A stretch of DNA of 63,926 bases, counting the filler, from Octopus bimaculoides (taxonomy: Eukaryota): NCBI RefSeq assembly GCF_001194135.2. It is 6 parts of 5 records of this genome, joined end to end, with 100 filler letters (N's around TTAATTAATTAA, not from the genome) between each part and the next. Parts side by side here need not be neighbours in the genome. Positions count along the whole stretch, not along the records: positions 24,138 to 41,713 come from NC_068986.1; positions 41,814 to 59,447 come from NC_068996.1; 4 more parts are not named here. One strand, 5' to 3'. The first letter of the stretch is position 1, and every line of letters starts with the position of its first letter. This document shows positions 37,421 through 49,360 of the stretch, piece by piece. The translations under genes were made by a program, and so were the position numbers. Below the pieces are notes generated by a model. It searched no databases and was not told where the DNA came from. It worked only from the letters and a program-made list of their open reading frames with translations.

Positions 37421-38364
37421 TTTCATCACTGGACAAACCTGGGAAAAGAGTGACATACATAATACATACATAATACATACATGCATGCATACATACATAC
37501 ATATTTGTTTGTTTAAAATATGATTGTGACATATTTCAGTTGCTAAAAGGCAAATACACTAAAGTTACATGCAGTTACTTGATGTTGAGTTTATTGACTC
37601 TTGCCAATGGTATGATCTTAGAAGAACGAACTCATAAAGCAAGAGCTTTATGTAAAATACAGTCAGCACGTTGACTGATATGCGCCAGTAGATCGCTGGA
37701 TCGGAGAAAATAACGAAATGTTAGCGCTAAGCAGTGTTTAGGTATACGCAAAATTCAGGTTAGTTAAAATGTTTGCTACGTATTTCAACTGCTAAAAGTC
37801 AAATAAGACTGCAGTTATTTGGAGAGAATCTCTCTCTCATGGTAAAAATGGTGTGAAAACATCCGGTTCGTTCAGTATCACCATCTATCATATATAATAT
37901 CGAAGAAAATAACCAAGGTAACTTTACTCTTTGGAACCGAAATGCTTCCCTAACCGAGGGAATGCAAAGAAAGTGAGTGCAGCTAGTTTTCAAAATCGTT
38001 ACGGACCACTTCTGTACATATACGATTTGTTCAATGACTAAACATCTCAAAATGTGAGCACACACACGAACAGACACACATGCAAACACATACACAAACA
38101 CACACAAATGCATGTGAGTCTGTGTGTGAGGAGTCTGTATGAGTGTGTTTGTGTGTGTATGTGTTTGTGCGCGTGTTTATGTGTGTGTATGTGTTTGTGT
38201 GTGTGTGTGTGTGTGTGTAATTTCAAATGCTTACCTATCACACATTTAAATATTTCATTGCTATATAGCTTACAAACATTGCTGTTTATATGTCCAGTTG
38301 GTGTTGACTGACGCATTGAATGTTGGGAAGACGAAAGCAGGTTTTCCCGCGCAAGAGAAATTGG

Positions 38365-38968
38365 CACATTATGACGTCATAATGTAATAGTATCGAAATT
38401 TCTAAAAGATATACGGAGCATACGACACAATTGAAAAAAGTTGCCACCTACTCGTCTATTAGTTCCTTTCAATTTTATATGTTGGGTTATTATAAGAACA
38501 TAATAGAATACATTGTTCAAAATTATTTTTGTTGTCAAAAATTATTGGAGTGGTTTCAGGATATGTTTGAGATTATCATATACTTTATGTTTAATTGAAG
38601 AAGCAATTGGTAAATATGTCTAGCGGTTTCATTGTGTAATATAATACATTTGAATCTTCTGGCGGAGAATCACAACAATCTTGTGCTCAGTTTTCAGGTA
38701 GACAAATTTATAAGGAAAGATCAGGGATGTTATTGCAGTAGACGAGGTTTTCCTATTGAAGTAGAAATGAAATCTTTGCTCTCTTTTTCGATAGGCTGTT
38801 ACTTCAGTTTCTTGTCGGAGACAGTTCTTTTATTTTGACCTGATGTTTATGTTCAGCAAGCTGCTTTGATAAACTGAGGTCTCGTATTAAGTCTTTAAAA
38901 AAAATTTTTTTTGTGTTAAAAACTTACTGTTTATTCATTTTCACTGTTATCATCTATATACACACCAA
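38365..38968 (-). mobile_element. Chapaev3-like DNA transposon remnant Y2 (internally deleted)
   Basis: DLIRDLSLSKQLAE, ETEVTAYRKREQ, ENLVYCNNIPD, FKCIILHNE, LPIASSIKHKVYDNLKHILKPLQ. The left end begins CAC next to the palindrome ATTATGACGTCATAAT. Confidence 0.75.
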
Positions 38969-39199
38969 ACTGTGTCTCAGTCTCATCGATAACATTATTG
39001 ATGAGACCGAATGGGATACATTTACACATGTACATAAACACAAGTATACTCACACAATTGTATATTAAAGCGTGTTTTGTTTTTAAAGTTTGTCTCACTT
39101 TATATCCAGTAACGTAGCTGTTCTATAAAAGTGTTATATAAAGCTGTTATTAAAGTGTTGAATAAAATAAGTACCAAGCTAATATAAGTGAAAGAAATA

Positions 39200-39235
<36 letters not shown>

Positions 39236-39289
39236 ACTACTTATTTATATATATTTAATGTATCAAGATGTAAGAAAAAACATTAAAAA

Positions 39290-39625
39290 GCTGATTTTAA
39301 TTCCAGGCCTTTGTTGAACTGAGAATGAGTTTTGCAGTAATGATTTTATATACAAATCAATGTAACAGCTTCTCGAATCGAGAAACTATCTTCCTCGTAC
39401 GGTATCTTACTCTAAGTAACCACTCCTTATGACTATTACGTAGCTGATGTTGTTCCAGCCTACTGAGTTGGTTGACGACAGCAAATCGATCGCCAGTCCC
39501 AAACAAGAGGTTGCTACTTAAAGCAAGATGTCTTTTGTTTCACTTGTCTTTATTTTGAACTCTATAGCTAACTTCAGGAGTAGCAACTTCTACGATCCAA
39601 TTGACTGCCGGGAATAAGAAGGATA
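39290..39625 (+). mobile_element. Chapaev3-like transposase remnant X3
   Basis: FSNRETIFLVRYLTLSNHSL*LLRS resembles FSQSELNDLVRDLNLSKESAELLAS; FYDPIDCR resembles YDPNDWR. Confidence 0.55.
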
Positions 39626-39857
39626 GCTTTCTTAACTTTACAGTTTTTACATATTTAATCTAGGGACGTTCCCACAGAAAACGAGAAAAACACCTAGGCA
39701 GCCTAATCTGTCGGAATTTAAATGTTACACAACATTAATATACAGGAAGGATGGCCGCGTGAATATAATTAGTTATGAAGATAATTACAGACTGCTAATA
39801 TATCAACAGTTAAAACATACGAGTAATATTTATTCAATGCCTCAGCGTATGTGTTTG

Positions 39858-39937
<80 letters not shown>

Positions 39938-40249
39938 CAAAGGGTTACATATCATATACTCAACGAAGTATCTCAGTGCTATATTTATTGACAAGGCTCT
40001 CTATAAATCCAGTGTTGGTGTCTACTGAAGCATTGAAGATATGTAGACGAATGCAAAATACGCCGCATAAGAATCTGCATATTATGATGACATAACAGAA
40101 TTCTATCGAAATTTTGAAACGAAGAGTAGAGGAAAAATGTAAATTGTTGAATTATAGGATTGAAATGACGTCATAAAAGAATATTTGAGAAGGTCTTCAT
40201 GAAATCATTGAAACGATTTAAATTGGTTATTTCTTAAAAATTATTAGGC

Positions 40250-40692
40250 TTAACTGTAGATAAGAAGCTTGTTTCCCAATCACATGATTCTGGGTCCAGT
40301 CCCTCTACATGGCACCTCGAGCAAGTGTCTTCTACTATAGCCATGGGCCGACCAAAGCGGATTTGGTATAAGGAAACTGAGTATGTATGTGTGTTTGTGC
40401 GTGTGTTTATGCCTGTGGTTGTCTCCCTCCTACCGCTTGACACACCATTTGGTGTGTTTAGTGGGGATAAACACAACGTCTGATGTTGGTGTGTTTAAGC
40501 TCCCGTAACTTAGCGGTTCGGAAAAAGACACCGATGAATATGTATCAGGCTTTAAAAAAGTACTGGGATCGATTCGTTCGAGGAAAAGATAAAAGATGGA
40601 TACACACACATGTATTCTTTTATTTTTTTTACTTGTTTCAGTCATTTAAATGCGGCCATGCTGGAGCACCGCCTTTAGTCAAGAAAATCGAT
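40250..40692 (+). mobile_element. Diverged SINE family A copy; the tail segment 40630-40692 is inverted
   Basis: GCAAGTGTCTTCTACTATAGCC, CCCGTAACTTAGCGGTTCGG, then the reverse complement of the CTCCAGCATGGCCGCA...ACTGAAACAAGTA tail. Confidence 0.75.
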
Positions 40693-41600
40693 TGCAGGGC
40701 TCTTCTTAGAGCTATTGCGCTACTTGTTAAGGAGAAATTACAACTTAAGAGAACAAAAAATGGTGGAGCAAAAGAACTATGGTGGAGCAAAAGAACTATG
40801 GTGGAAACGACGCATTGAAAGGGGGATAGTGCGGATAAGGCAAGATCTAGGAAAAATTGAGCAATGGTTAAGAGGAAACTGGAAAAATGGGAAAAAGACC
40901 GACCGAGAAAAATTAGAGAAGAAATATAAAATATAGAAGAACGGACAACACTTGTAATGAAGGATAGAAGTAAGGGGAATATTGTGGGAAACCACCGTCC
41001 CATAGCATGCCTAAGCATAAGCTGGAAGATATTCACTAGAATATGTGCGGCAAAGTCATACACTTTACTGGCACAGGAACAAATACTACCAAGGGAACAA
41101 AAAGGATCTAGGAAGAGTTTTCAGGGTACTAAGGATCACCTGGTCATCAATAAAGCAGTTTTGAGGCATTGTAAAAAACATGATACAAGCATGTCTATGG
41201 CTTAGATTGACTTTAAGAAGGAATACGGTATGGTGCCTGATTCTTAGATCGTTGAATCCCTGCAGATGGTTGGTGTTGCTGACATTACAAATTTTTTCAT
41301 GCATGGCATGAAAGAGTGGAAAACCAAATTGTACTCAAGTAATGTATTCCTTGGAGAAGTTAATATTAAAAGAGGAATCTTCCAAGGTGGCTCGTTTTCT
41401 CCGTTACATTTTGTAATTGCACTAATATCCTTAACAATGACACTTAGGAAAGTTAAGATAGGTTACCGATGTGGGAAGAAAGGCCCATCATTGAACCATC
41501 TTCTGTTTATGGATGACCTGAAACTGTCTGGGAAATCTGAAAAACAGATAGATTCCTAAATCAAAACAGTCTAGAAGTGTGCTAGGGCCATCGGTATGCT
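40693..41600 (+). mobile_element. R4/Dong-clade LINE RT fragment, pseudogenised
   Basis: NHRPIACL, EQKGSRK..GTKDHLVINKAV, IDFKK, KRGIFQGGSFSPLHF, NHLLFMDDLKL. Confidence 0.9.
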
Positions 41601-41713
41601 GGGTTCGGCTGCTCTACATTGAAAAGGAGCAATACCCCGAAACTAGTGTGTAGATACCAGACCAGCAAGGGGAAGCGGCTGACCTCTCCTGTTCGAAGGT
41701 TATAATGGACACA

Positions 41714-41813
41714 NNNNNNNNNNNNNNNNNNNNNNNNNNNNNNNNNNNNNNNNNNNNTTAATTAATTAANNNNNNNNNNNNNNNNNNNNNNNNNNNNNNN
41801 NNNNNNNNNNNNN
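41714..41813. other. Artificial scaffold-joining spacer
   Basis: 44 N + TTAATTAATTAA (41758-41769) + 44 N. Confidence 0.95.
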
Positions 41814-42084
41814 GTACGTGTTCTCCACCTCCGCCCGACCTTTTAGGGACAGCTTCCTCTCGGCCCATTGCCGGGCTAGAGTGGCCACCCTTCTCGTTAT
41901 CTCGTCCCAGTTCTTCTCCGTTTGGAGGTCCGGACCAAACCAGACCCCAAGCAACTCATCCGGACTGTCAGTCCAACGTCCCACGACGGAGGCGCTGCTT
42001 GACGGCATGGGCTTGCTTCTCCAGGTGCCGAGCCGCAAGCCCACTGACTTATCCCGGTTGATTTTCGCTCCCGTTACCGCTTCG

Positions 42085-42086
<2 letters not shown>
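41814..42086 (-). mobile_element. L1/Tx1-clade LINE RT fragment
   Basis: YEAVTGAKINRDKS...LLGVWFG...WAERKLSLKGRAEV. Confidence 0.85.
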
Positions 42087-42144
<58 letters not shown>

Positions 42145-42400
42145 CAGAGATGGGTGGATGGATGGATGGATGGATGGATGGATGGACGGATGGATAGAGA
42201 GATAGACAGACTGACAGATGGACGGATCGATTGGTGGATGGACAGATTAATAGATAGAGGAATAGAGGTATAGGTACAAGGATGGCCAAACGGATAGACA
42301 AACAGACAGACAGACAGATAGGTAGATAGAGAGAAAGGAAGAAAGAAAGAAAGAGACAAAAAGGAAGAGAGAAAGAGAGAGCGAGAGAGAGAGAGAGAGT
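42086..42400. repeat. (GATA)n/(GATG)n/(GACA)n tetranucleotide cluster
   Basis: Direct inspection. Confidence 0.9.
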
Positions 42401-42482
42401 TGGATAGCTACAATGAAATATTTTTCCCAACAAAAAGAAACTATCGAATGGAAAGAAATTCAAGATGTATAAGGCAATGTAT

Positions 42483-42645
42483 GAGAGAAAGAGAGAGAGA
42501 GGAAAGGGGAGAAAGAGAGAGGGAGGAGAGGGGAGAAAGAGAAAGGGAGGAGAGGGGAGAAAGAGAGAGGGAGGAGAGGGGAGAAAGAGAGAGGGAGGAG
42601 AGGGGAGAAAGAGAGAGGGAGGAGAGGGGAGAAAGCGAGAGGGAG
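42483..42645. repeat. 24-bp purine minisatellite (GAGAGAGGGAGGAGAGGGGAGAAA)n
   Basis: Direct inspection; produces the EREERGER pseudo-ORF. Confidence 0.9.
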
Positions 42646-43012
42646 AGAAAAAGAATATGAGGGAGAAGAGGGTGAAAGAGAGGTAAAGGTATAATTTAGT
42701 AAAAGCAATGTAAAGAACTGATAAAAATGAATAGAAAATTGGTTACAATTATATAATCTAGGAATCTATGAAATTTAGTTATCGGTGATAAATTTAATTT
42801 TAGTCATATTTGTTGACTTAATTTCTCTATTTATCCATTTAATTATTTTATTTTCTTAGTATGTCTTGGGGGGATCATTACGCCAACAATAATACCACAT
42901 GCACATGTTCAATTTCGCTTCTTTATTAGTCAATCTGTTAAATATCACTAACCAACTAAACAATCGATTGTTTGTTTAATGTGCTGTTTAAACTTAGTCA
43001 AAGTCACTTCGT

Positions 43013-43844
43013 CAACAGTATAGGCGATTGCAGGCCCTGAAAAAGCATTAAATAGCTGAAGGATTAAAATTAATCGAAGGACATACAAAGTATGTCTACC
43101 TACTGGAAATAACAGTCAAAACTCTTATTTAAATCGCCAAAATACACTGATGATAACTACAGAAATCAACCGAAGGCAGATCAGATTAATACAATCTTCT
43201 AACGTACATTTAGGTTTTTGAACTCATGTGGACCGGTTTCTGCACTTATTCTGTTATTATCAGTTTTTTTTTTTTAATAGTCATACTAGATAATAACAAA
43301 ATTAATATCTTACCAAATTAATTTTTCGGGAATTATTTTTCTCGTGAACTGCTTGCCCTTGTATCGAGATTATTTCCACACTGGTGGCTACAGTGATCGG
43401 CGCAAAAGGAATCAGTTGCGGCAAAGACTTCAATCCGATAGATTTGGGGTCTCCTTCATCGTAACGCGTGCTGAAGAAACTGAGGCTATTACTTGCCAGT
43501 GCAGAAACCGGTCCACGTAAGTTCAAAAACTTAGATGTACGTTAGGAGATCGTATTAACCTGATCTGCCTTCGGTTGATTTCTGTAGTTATCATCAGTGT
43601 ATTTTCGGTGATTTAAATAAGAGTTTTGACTGCTATTTCCAGCAGGTAGACTTACTTAGTATGTCCTTTGATTAATTTTAATCCTTTAGCTATTTAATGC
43701 ATTTGTGGGTCTGCAATCGCCTATAGTATTGATTCTGTTATTATCACTTTTAAATAGTCATATTAGATAATAACAAAATTAATATTTTAGCAAATTAATT
43801 TTTCGGGAATTATTTTTCTCGTGAATTGTTTGCCCTTGTATCGA
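43013..43844 (+). mobile_element. Penelope-like pseudo-LTR structure: inverted arm + partial direct repeat + full unit
   Basis: 43013-43246 is the reverse complement of 43498-43731. 43248-43367 is a direct repeat of 43732-43844. Ends in (TA)n; homologue at 13787-14314. Confidence 0.75.
43467..43517 (+). ncRNA. Minimal type I hammerhead-ribozyme-like motif
   Basis: CGTG-CTGAAGA-A-ACTG..GC[loop]GCCAGT-GCA-GAA-ACCGGT-C-CACG. Stem I is CGTG/CACG, stem III is palindromic and the triplet is GUC. There are extra nucleotides before GAAA. Confidence 0.5.
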
Positions 43845-43900
43845 TATATGTATATGTATATATATATATATACATACATATATACATATATATATATATC

Positions 43901-43934
<34 letters not shown>

Positions 43935-44579
43935 NNNNNNNNNNNNNNNNNNNNNNNNNNNNNNNNNNNNNNNNNNNNNNNNNNNNNNNNNNNNNNNNNN
44001 NNNNNNNNNNNNNNNNNNNNNNNNNNNNNNNNNNNNNNNNNNNNNNNNNNNNNNNNNNNNNNNNNNNNNNNNNNNNNNNNNNNNNNNNNNNNNNNNNNNN
44101 NNNNNNNNNNNNNNNNNNNNNNNNNNNNNNNNNNNNNNNNNNNNNNNNNNNNNNNNNNNNNNNNNNNNNNNNNNNNNNNNNNNNNNNNNNNNNNNNNNNN
44201 NNNNNNNNNNNNNNNNNNNNNNNNNNNNNNNNNNNNNNNNNNNNNNNNNNNNNNNNNNNNNNNNNNNNNNNNNNNNNNNNNNNNNNNNNNNNNNNNNNNN
44301 NNNNNNNNNNNNNNNNNNNNNNNNNNNNNNNNNNNNNNNNNNNNNNNNNNNNNNNNNNNNNNNNNNNNNNNNNNNNNNNNNNNNNNNNNNNNNNNNNNNN
44401 NNNNNNNNNNNNNNNNNNNNNNNNNNNNNNNNNNNNNNNNNNNNNNNNNNNNNNNNNNNNNNNNNNNNNNNNNNNNNNNNNNNNNNNNNNNNNNNNNNNN
44501 NNNNNNNNNNNNNNNNNNNNNNNNNNNNNNNNNNNNNNNNNNNNNNNNNNNNNNNNNNNNNNNNNNNNNNTATATCATT

Positions 44580-45235
44580 CTAGCAGAGATACCCGGCGTT
44601 ACTCGGGATTAAAATGGCATAGTTTGTATATAATATATTACAGTTGTATTGAAACAGGTGATATGGAAAAGTGCAGCATTGACAACAAAACATTTGTGGA
44701 GTAAATGCTGGGCTAAATTCGACTAAGTAACATGCTATGCGTCCGTTTGGAGTATTTCAGGCCCTAACTTGTGAGGGCTATGTGATTCTTGGACACACCG
44801 AAAAGCTGTCAGTGGATATACTCTCTTTTGAAGCAGTCGGCGCTGCGTCTAACACGACTTACCATCTGAAATGTTGACACCTCCTTCGGATTTGTTGTCC
44901 TACATCACTCATAAAGTAAATTTGGAGGAACTGTGATTGTTCATTTGTGCGTAACAGGAAACCTATGAGATGATAGACTTGCCCTTAAACTTTGACATCG
45001 GCGTAAATTCATGTTCATCGATCTTCTTAGATGCACCAAACGATATCATTTGCAGAGTTATATTGTCTGATATTGTTCAGAAAATCCTTTGACTGGATGG
45101 AAATGGCTTCTAGAAGATCCATAAGAGGTTGAGAAGGAGCTGGTAGTGCTGGCAATGTTACCTGACCGCCTGAGCAGCACATGCCATTTGTTTCATTTCA
45201 AAATTTTAAAGCTCTACATAAACGACAATTTGTGT
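44580..45235 (-). mobile_element. Internally deleted Helitron: RepHel N-terminal coding remnant plus 3' terminus
   Basis: CRLCRAFK..NETNGMCCSGGQVTLPALP...SKDFLNNIRQYNSA..MISFGA...VYHLIG.LL...QFLQIYFM at 44870-45230. 3' hairpin CCCG..CGGG (44592-44607) then CTAG (44583-44580) on the same strand. Confidence 0.85.
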
Positions 45236-45309
45236 TTAGCACACCAATTTGGACAGAGTTATTATTTTTATAAGAATGGGATGGATCGTATCTGAAAACA
45301 AGGTGACTT

Positions 45310-45359
45310 TACATTTCGAGTTCAATTCCACCGAGGTTGACTTTGCCTTTCGTCCTTTC
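45310..45359 (+). mobile_element. SINE family B fragment running into a gap
   Basis: GAGTTCAATTCCACCGAGGTTGACTTTGCCTTTCGTCCTTTC. Confidence 0.7.
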
Positions 45360-45985
45360 NNNNNNNNNNNNNNNNNNNNNNNNNNNNNNNNNNNNNNNNN
45401 NNNNNNNNNNNNNNNNNNNNNNNNNNNNNNNNNNNNNNNNNNNNNNNNNNNNNNNNNNNNNNNNNNNNNNNNNNNNNNNNNNNNNNNNNNNNNNNNNNNN
45501 NNNNNNNNNNNNNNNNNNNNNNNNNNNNNNNNNNNNNNNNNNNNNNNNNNNNNNNNNNNNNNNNNNNNNNNNNNNNNNNNNNNNNNNNNNNNNNNNNNNN
45601 NNNNNNNNNNNNNNNNNNNNNNNNNNNNNNNNNNNNNNNNNNNNNNNNNNNNNNNNNNNNNNNNNNNNNNNNNNNNNNNNNNNNNNNNNNNNNNNNNNNN
45701 NNNNNNNNNNNNNNNNNNNNNNNNNNNNNNNNNNNNNNNNNNNNNNNNNNNNNNNNNNNNNNNNNNNNNNNNNNNNNNNNNNNNNNNNNNNNNNNNNNNN
45801 NNNNNNNNNNNNNNNNNNNNNNNNNNNNNNNNNNNNNNNNNNNNNNNNNNNNNNNNNNNNNNNNNNNNNNNNNNNNNNNNNNNNNNNNNNNNNNNNNNNN
45901 NNNNNNNNNNNNNNNNNNNNNNNNNNNNNNNNNNNNNNNNNNNNNNNNNNNNNNNNNNNNNNNNNNNNNNNNNNNNNNNNNNNNN

Positions 45986-46019
<34 letters not shown>

Positions 46020-46339
46020 AAAATTAAGGGATCAGCAACAGGTTGCTTCACCACATACCGAAGTTCAGAAGTAGCAGCTAAAAATGCTGAAACTCCAACA
46101 GATAGCAGTTACCCGCAACTCACATAGGCAAAACAAGAAGAAAAATAACGAACTAAACTACCCATAGATATTCAATTATATTTGAATATCCTGACTGTTG
46201 AGAATTTGTATTGTGCAACTGAAGAAGGCGCTGCATTTCAAATTAAGGTAATGCTTGCCTTGTTCGATTAAACAGAACTACCTGTGCCGCGCAGTGGGAC
46301 TATAAACAGAACCATGTGGTTAGAAAGCAAGCTTTTTGC

Positions 46340-46955
46340 CATACAGCCATGTCTGTCCCTACACACACCTACGCACACACACTGACACACACTCATACAC
46401 ATAGATACATATCACATACATATCACATACATACATACATACATACATACATGCTTGCATGCATGCATACATACATACATACATACATACTGACCTACGT
46501 GCGACCCTACGTACGTATGTGCGTATCTACCTACCTACATACATACATGCATACATAGCTACATACATATATACATGCATACATACATACATACGTACGT
46601 ACATAGATACATACATGCATGCATATATACATAGATACATACATATATACATACATGCATACATACGTACATACATATATACATAGATACATACATATAT
46701 ATACATATCATACATACATACACACGTACATACATACATACATACACACATGCATACATACACACATAAATACATATCTTACATACATACATACGTACAT
46801 ACATACATACATAAATACATACATACATAAATACATACATAGAAACATACATACATATATACATACACACATACATACATACATACACACATACATACAT
46901 ACATACATACACACATACATACATACACATATACATACGTACGTACATACATACA

Positions 46956-46989
<34 letters not shown>

Positions 46990-47025
46990 CATACATACAT
47001 ACATGATAAATACACATGCGCACAT
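46340..47025. repeat. Long degenerate (TACA)n satellite
   Basis: Direct inspection. Confidence 0.92.
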
Positions 47026-47421
47026 ATGATAACGTACACTTATTTGTGGTTTATCAACCATTATACAGAATTTCTAGCTTGCTTTTCTTATTTTCTTCTT
47101 GTTTAGCCTTAGAGGAATCTGAAGAAAACAGACCTATGATCAAAGAAATTCCATTAGCAGCAATTCCGTTTTCATTTTCAGGCAACTGGGTCATAGACTA
47201 TTATTCTATACGGTTTACCTTCTTTTTTTTTTTTTTTTTCGTAATATTTTTCTACGACCTGAGGAAAATTTGGCTGCTATTTCTAAGACAGTTGCACTAA
47301 ATATGTCATTATTTTTTGCTATATACATGACAGAAATTTAAAGAAGAGTGCAAACATCCAAATCATCGACCACATGCACGACGATAACAGTAACAACAAA
47401 CACAATGCCACCACCACCACC

Positions 47422-47486
<65 letters not shown>

Positions 47487-49149
47487 CTATAGCAGCATCA
47501 ACTACTGCAATGATAATAACATCTATTAATTTCTAAAAGAAACGCACACGACGTTGATTCTAATTAACTTGGTTGTTGCCATTCGTTAAGGAAAATATTT
47601 TTTGTTCACTTCACCATTTTTGTGTAAGATTTGTATATGTACGACTATGTTCTATTGGTATGTGAATATATGTGTTTATGTATATGTTTGCGTGTCCATT
47701 CGTAGGCATGCTCATAGAACATAAGTACGAATACTCACACACATATACACAGATACATACACACGAAAATTAATACACACTCACTCACTTATCGTAAATC
47801 GTCCAATCAAACCCATGGGATCACCTATCTTTCTTTTTTCACTTCCGGTTTTCGATTTCTTTTTGTATATATTACTTTAATTTACATTTAATTATATATA
47901 TTTTTTTCCATCTTATTGTTTCTTCGAAAAGAATTTCTGGAAGACATCTCTTCTGTTTTAGTCAACACATCTTTTATTTTTCTCTCTAAATCGATTACAT
48001 TCCTTTATATGTTTTATCTTGTTTATGCGTGTTTTTTCAATCATTATATTTTTCTCAATTTCTAATTATTCTTACATAATCTATTACCTTTGCTAAATTA
48101 ATATAGTTTATTCACCTGAGAAATTACTTTTGACTTTACTTTTGGTTATTTTTTATGAATATACACATATTTCTTTAAGTTTACCTTTTTTTTTTGTCAC
48201 ATTTTTCTTCTAATATCATCATAATTTTTTTTTTTACTTTGACCCATACCTTTTTTAATCCTGATTCCTCCATTCAATGTATTATTTTATTTGTCCTTTT
48301 TTATTTTGTATATTTTCATTTCTCTCTTTACAACTGCTTTTCCCTTAGATCATTGCAATTTTAATCATATTAGTATTTTTCCTTCATACATTCCACCCTT
48401 ATTTGGCTATCATCTATTATTTTATAACATTCTTACCATTCTCTTCATTTATTTCTTTGCTCGAACTTTGATCTATTATTCCTCCCACTATTTTATCATT
48501 AGTGATTTCCACTTTTTTAATACCGTTATTTTTTACTTGGTCATTATTATTAATAGTTTTTTTTTTGTCTTTTATTTTCCTTTCTGCGATTGGCTTTTTT
48601 TAGTTTACCTCTGACTTATTCTTCAAATGTCATTCTGATGCTCCATATGATTGAAGAGCAGAAGCATAGGCGAACCGTTAATATTACTGATATCTATCTT
48701 AACGACCAGAAGCGAGGGAGAATATATAATGACAAGGCAAAATGTCAGAGAAAAAATTAAATTGCTGTAGATGGAATTCGAAATAGGAATTCAAAGAACC
48801 TACTCCGGTGCAATACTGTCTCTTTTTACAAGTTCACAAATATGCCTCTTCTCAGTCTTATGACCTGTTAGATATAGTAAATCAAATCCCGCCCAAATAT
48901 ACAACTTAGTTTTGTTGGATAATGGAGTCCTATATGTAATGAACGAGAAGAAGACTGGAATTTCATGGTTGGACTGCTTTCGTTTATGGATCAGTTCAAT
49001 GAGGGCCGTTGGATAAAATCCGAGGACTTTAGTTATAGTCTTCGTCACTAACTATTACCGGTGTCAATAGGTGATAATAAGAATTAGATTAGTTAGCTGG
49101 AAAGAAAGAAAGAAAGAAAGAAAGAAAATTGTTGTAATAAAAGGAATTC

Positions 49150-49360
49150 TTTTCTACTCTAGGCACAAGGCCCGAAATTTTGGTGGAAGGGGCCAGCCGA
49201 TTAGATCGACCCCAGTACGCAACTGGTACTTAATTTATCGACAACAAAAGTATGAAAGGCAAAGGCGACCGCGGTAGAATTTGAACTCAGAACGCAAAGA
49301 CAAGTAATGCCGCTAAGCATTTCGTCGGGCATGCTAACGATTGTGCCAGCTCGCTGCCGT
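49150..49360 (-). mobile_element. SINE family B
   Basis: Reverse complement of ACGGCAGCGAGCTGGCACAATCGTTAGCATGCC...GAGTTCAAATTCTACCGCGG...CCTTGTGCCTAG. Confidence 0.85.

Noticed and set aside
47870-48620. T-rich region giving a hydrophobic 107-aa ORF (possible NUMT or membrane protein)
   Set aside because: No mitochondrial protein motif was recognised; the Phe/Ile/Leu/Tyr richness follows from the base skew.
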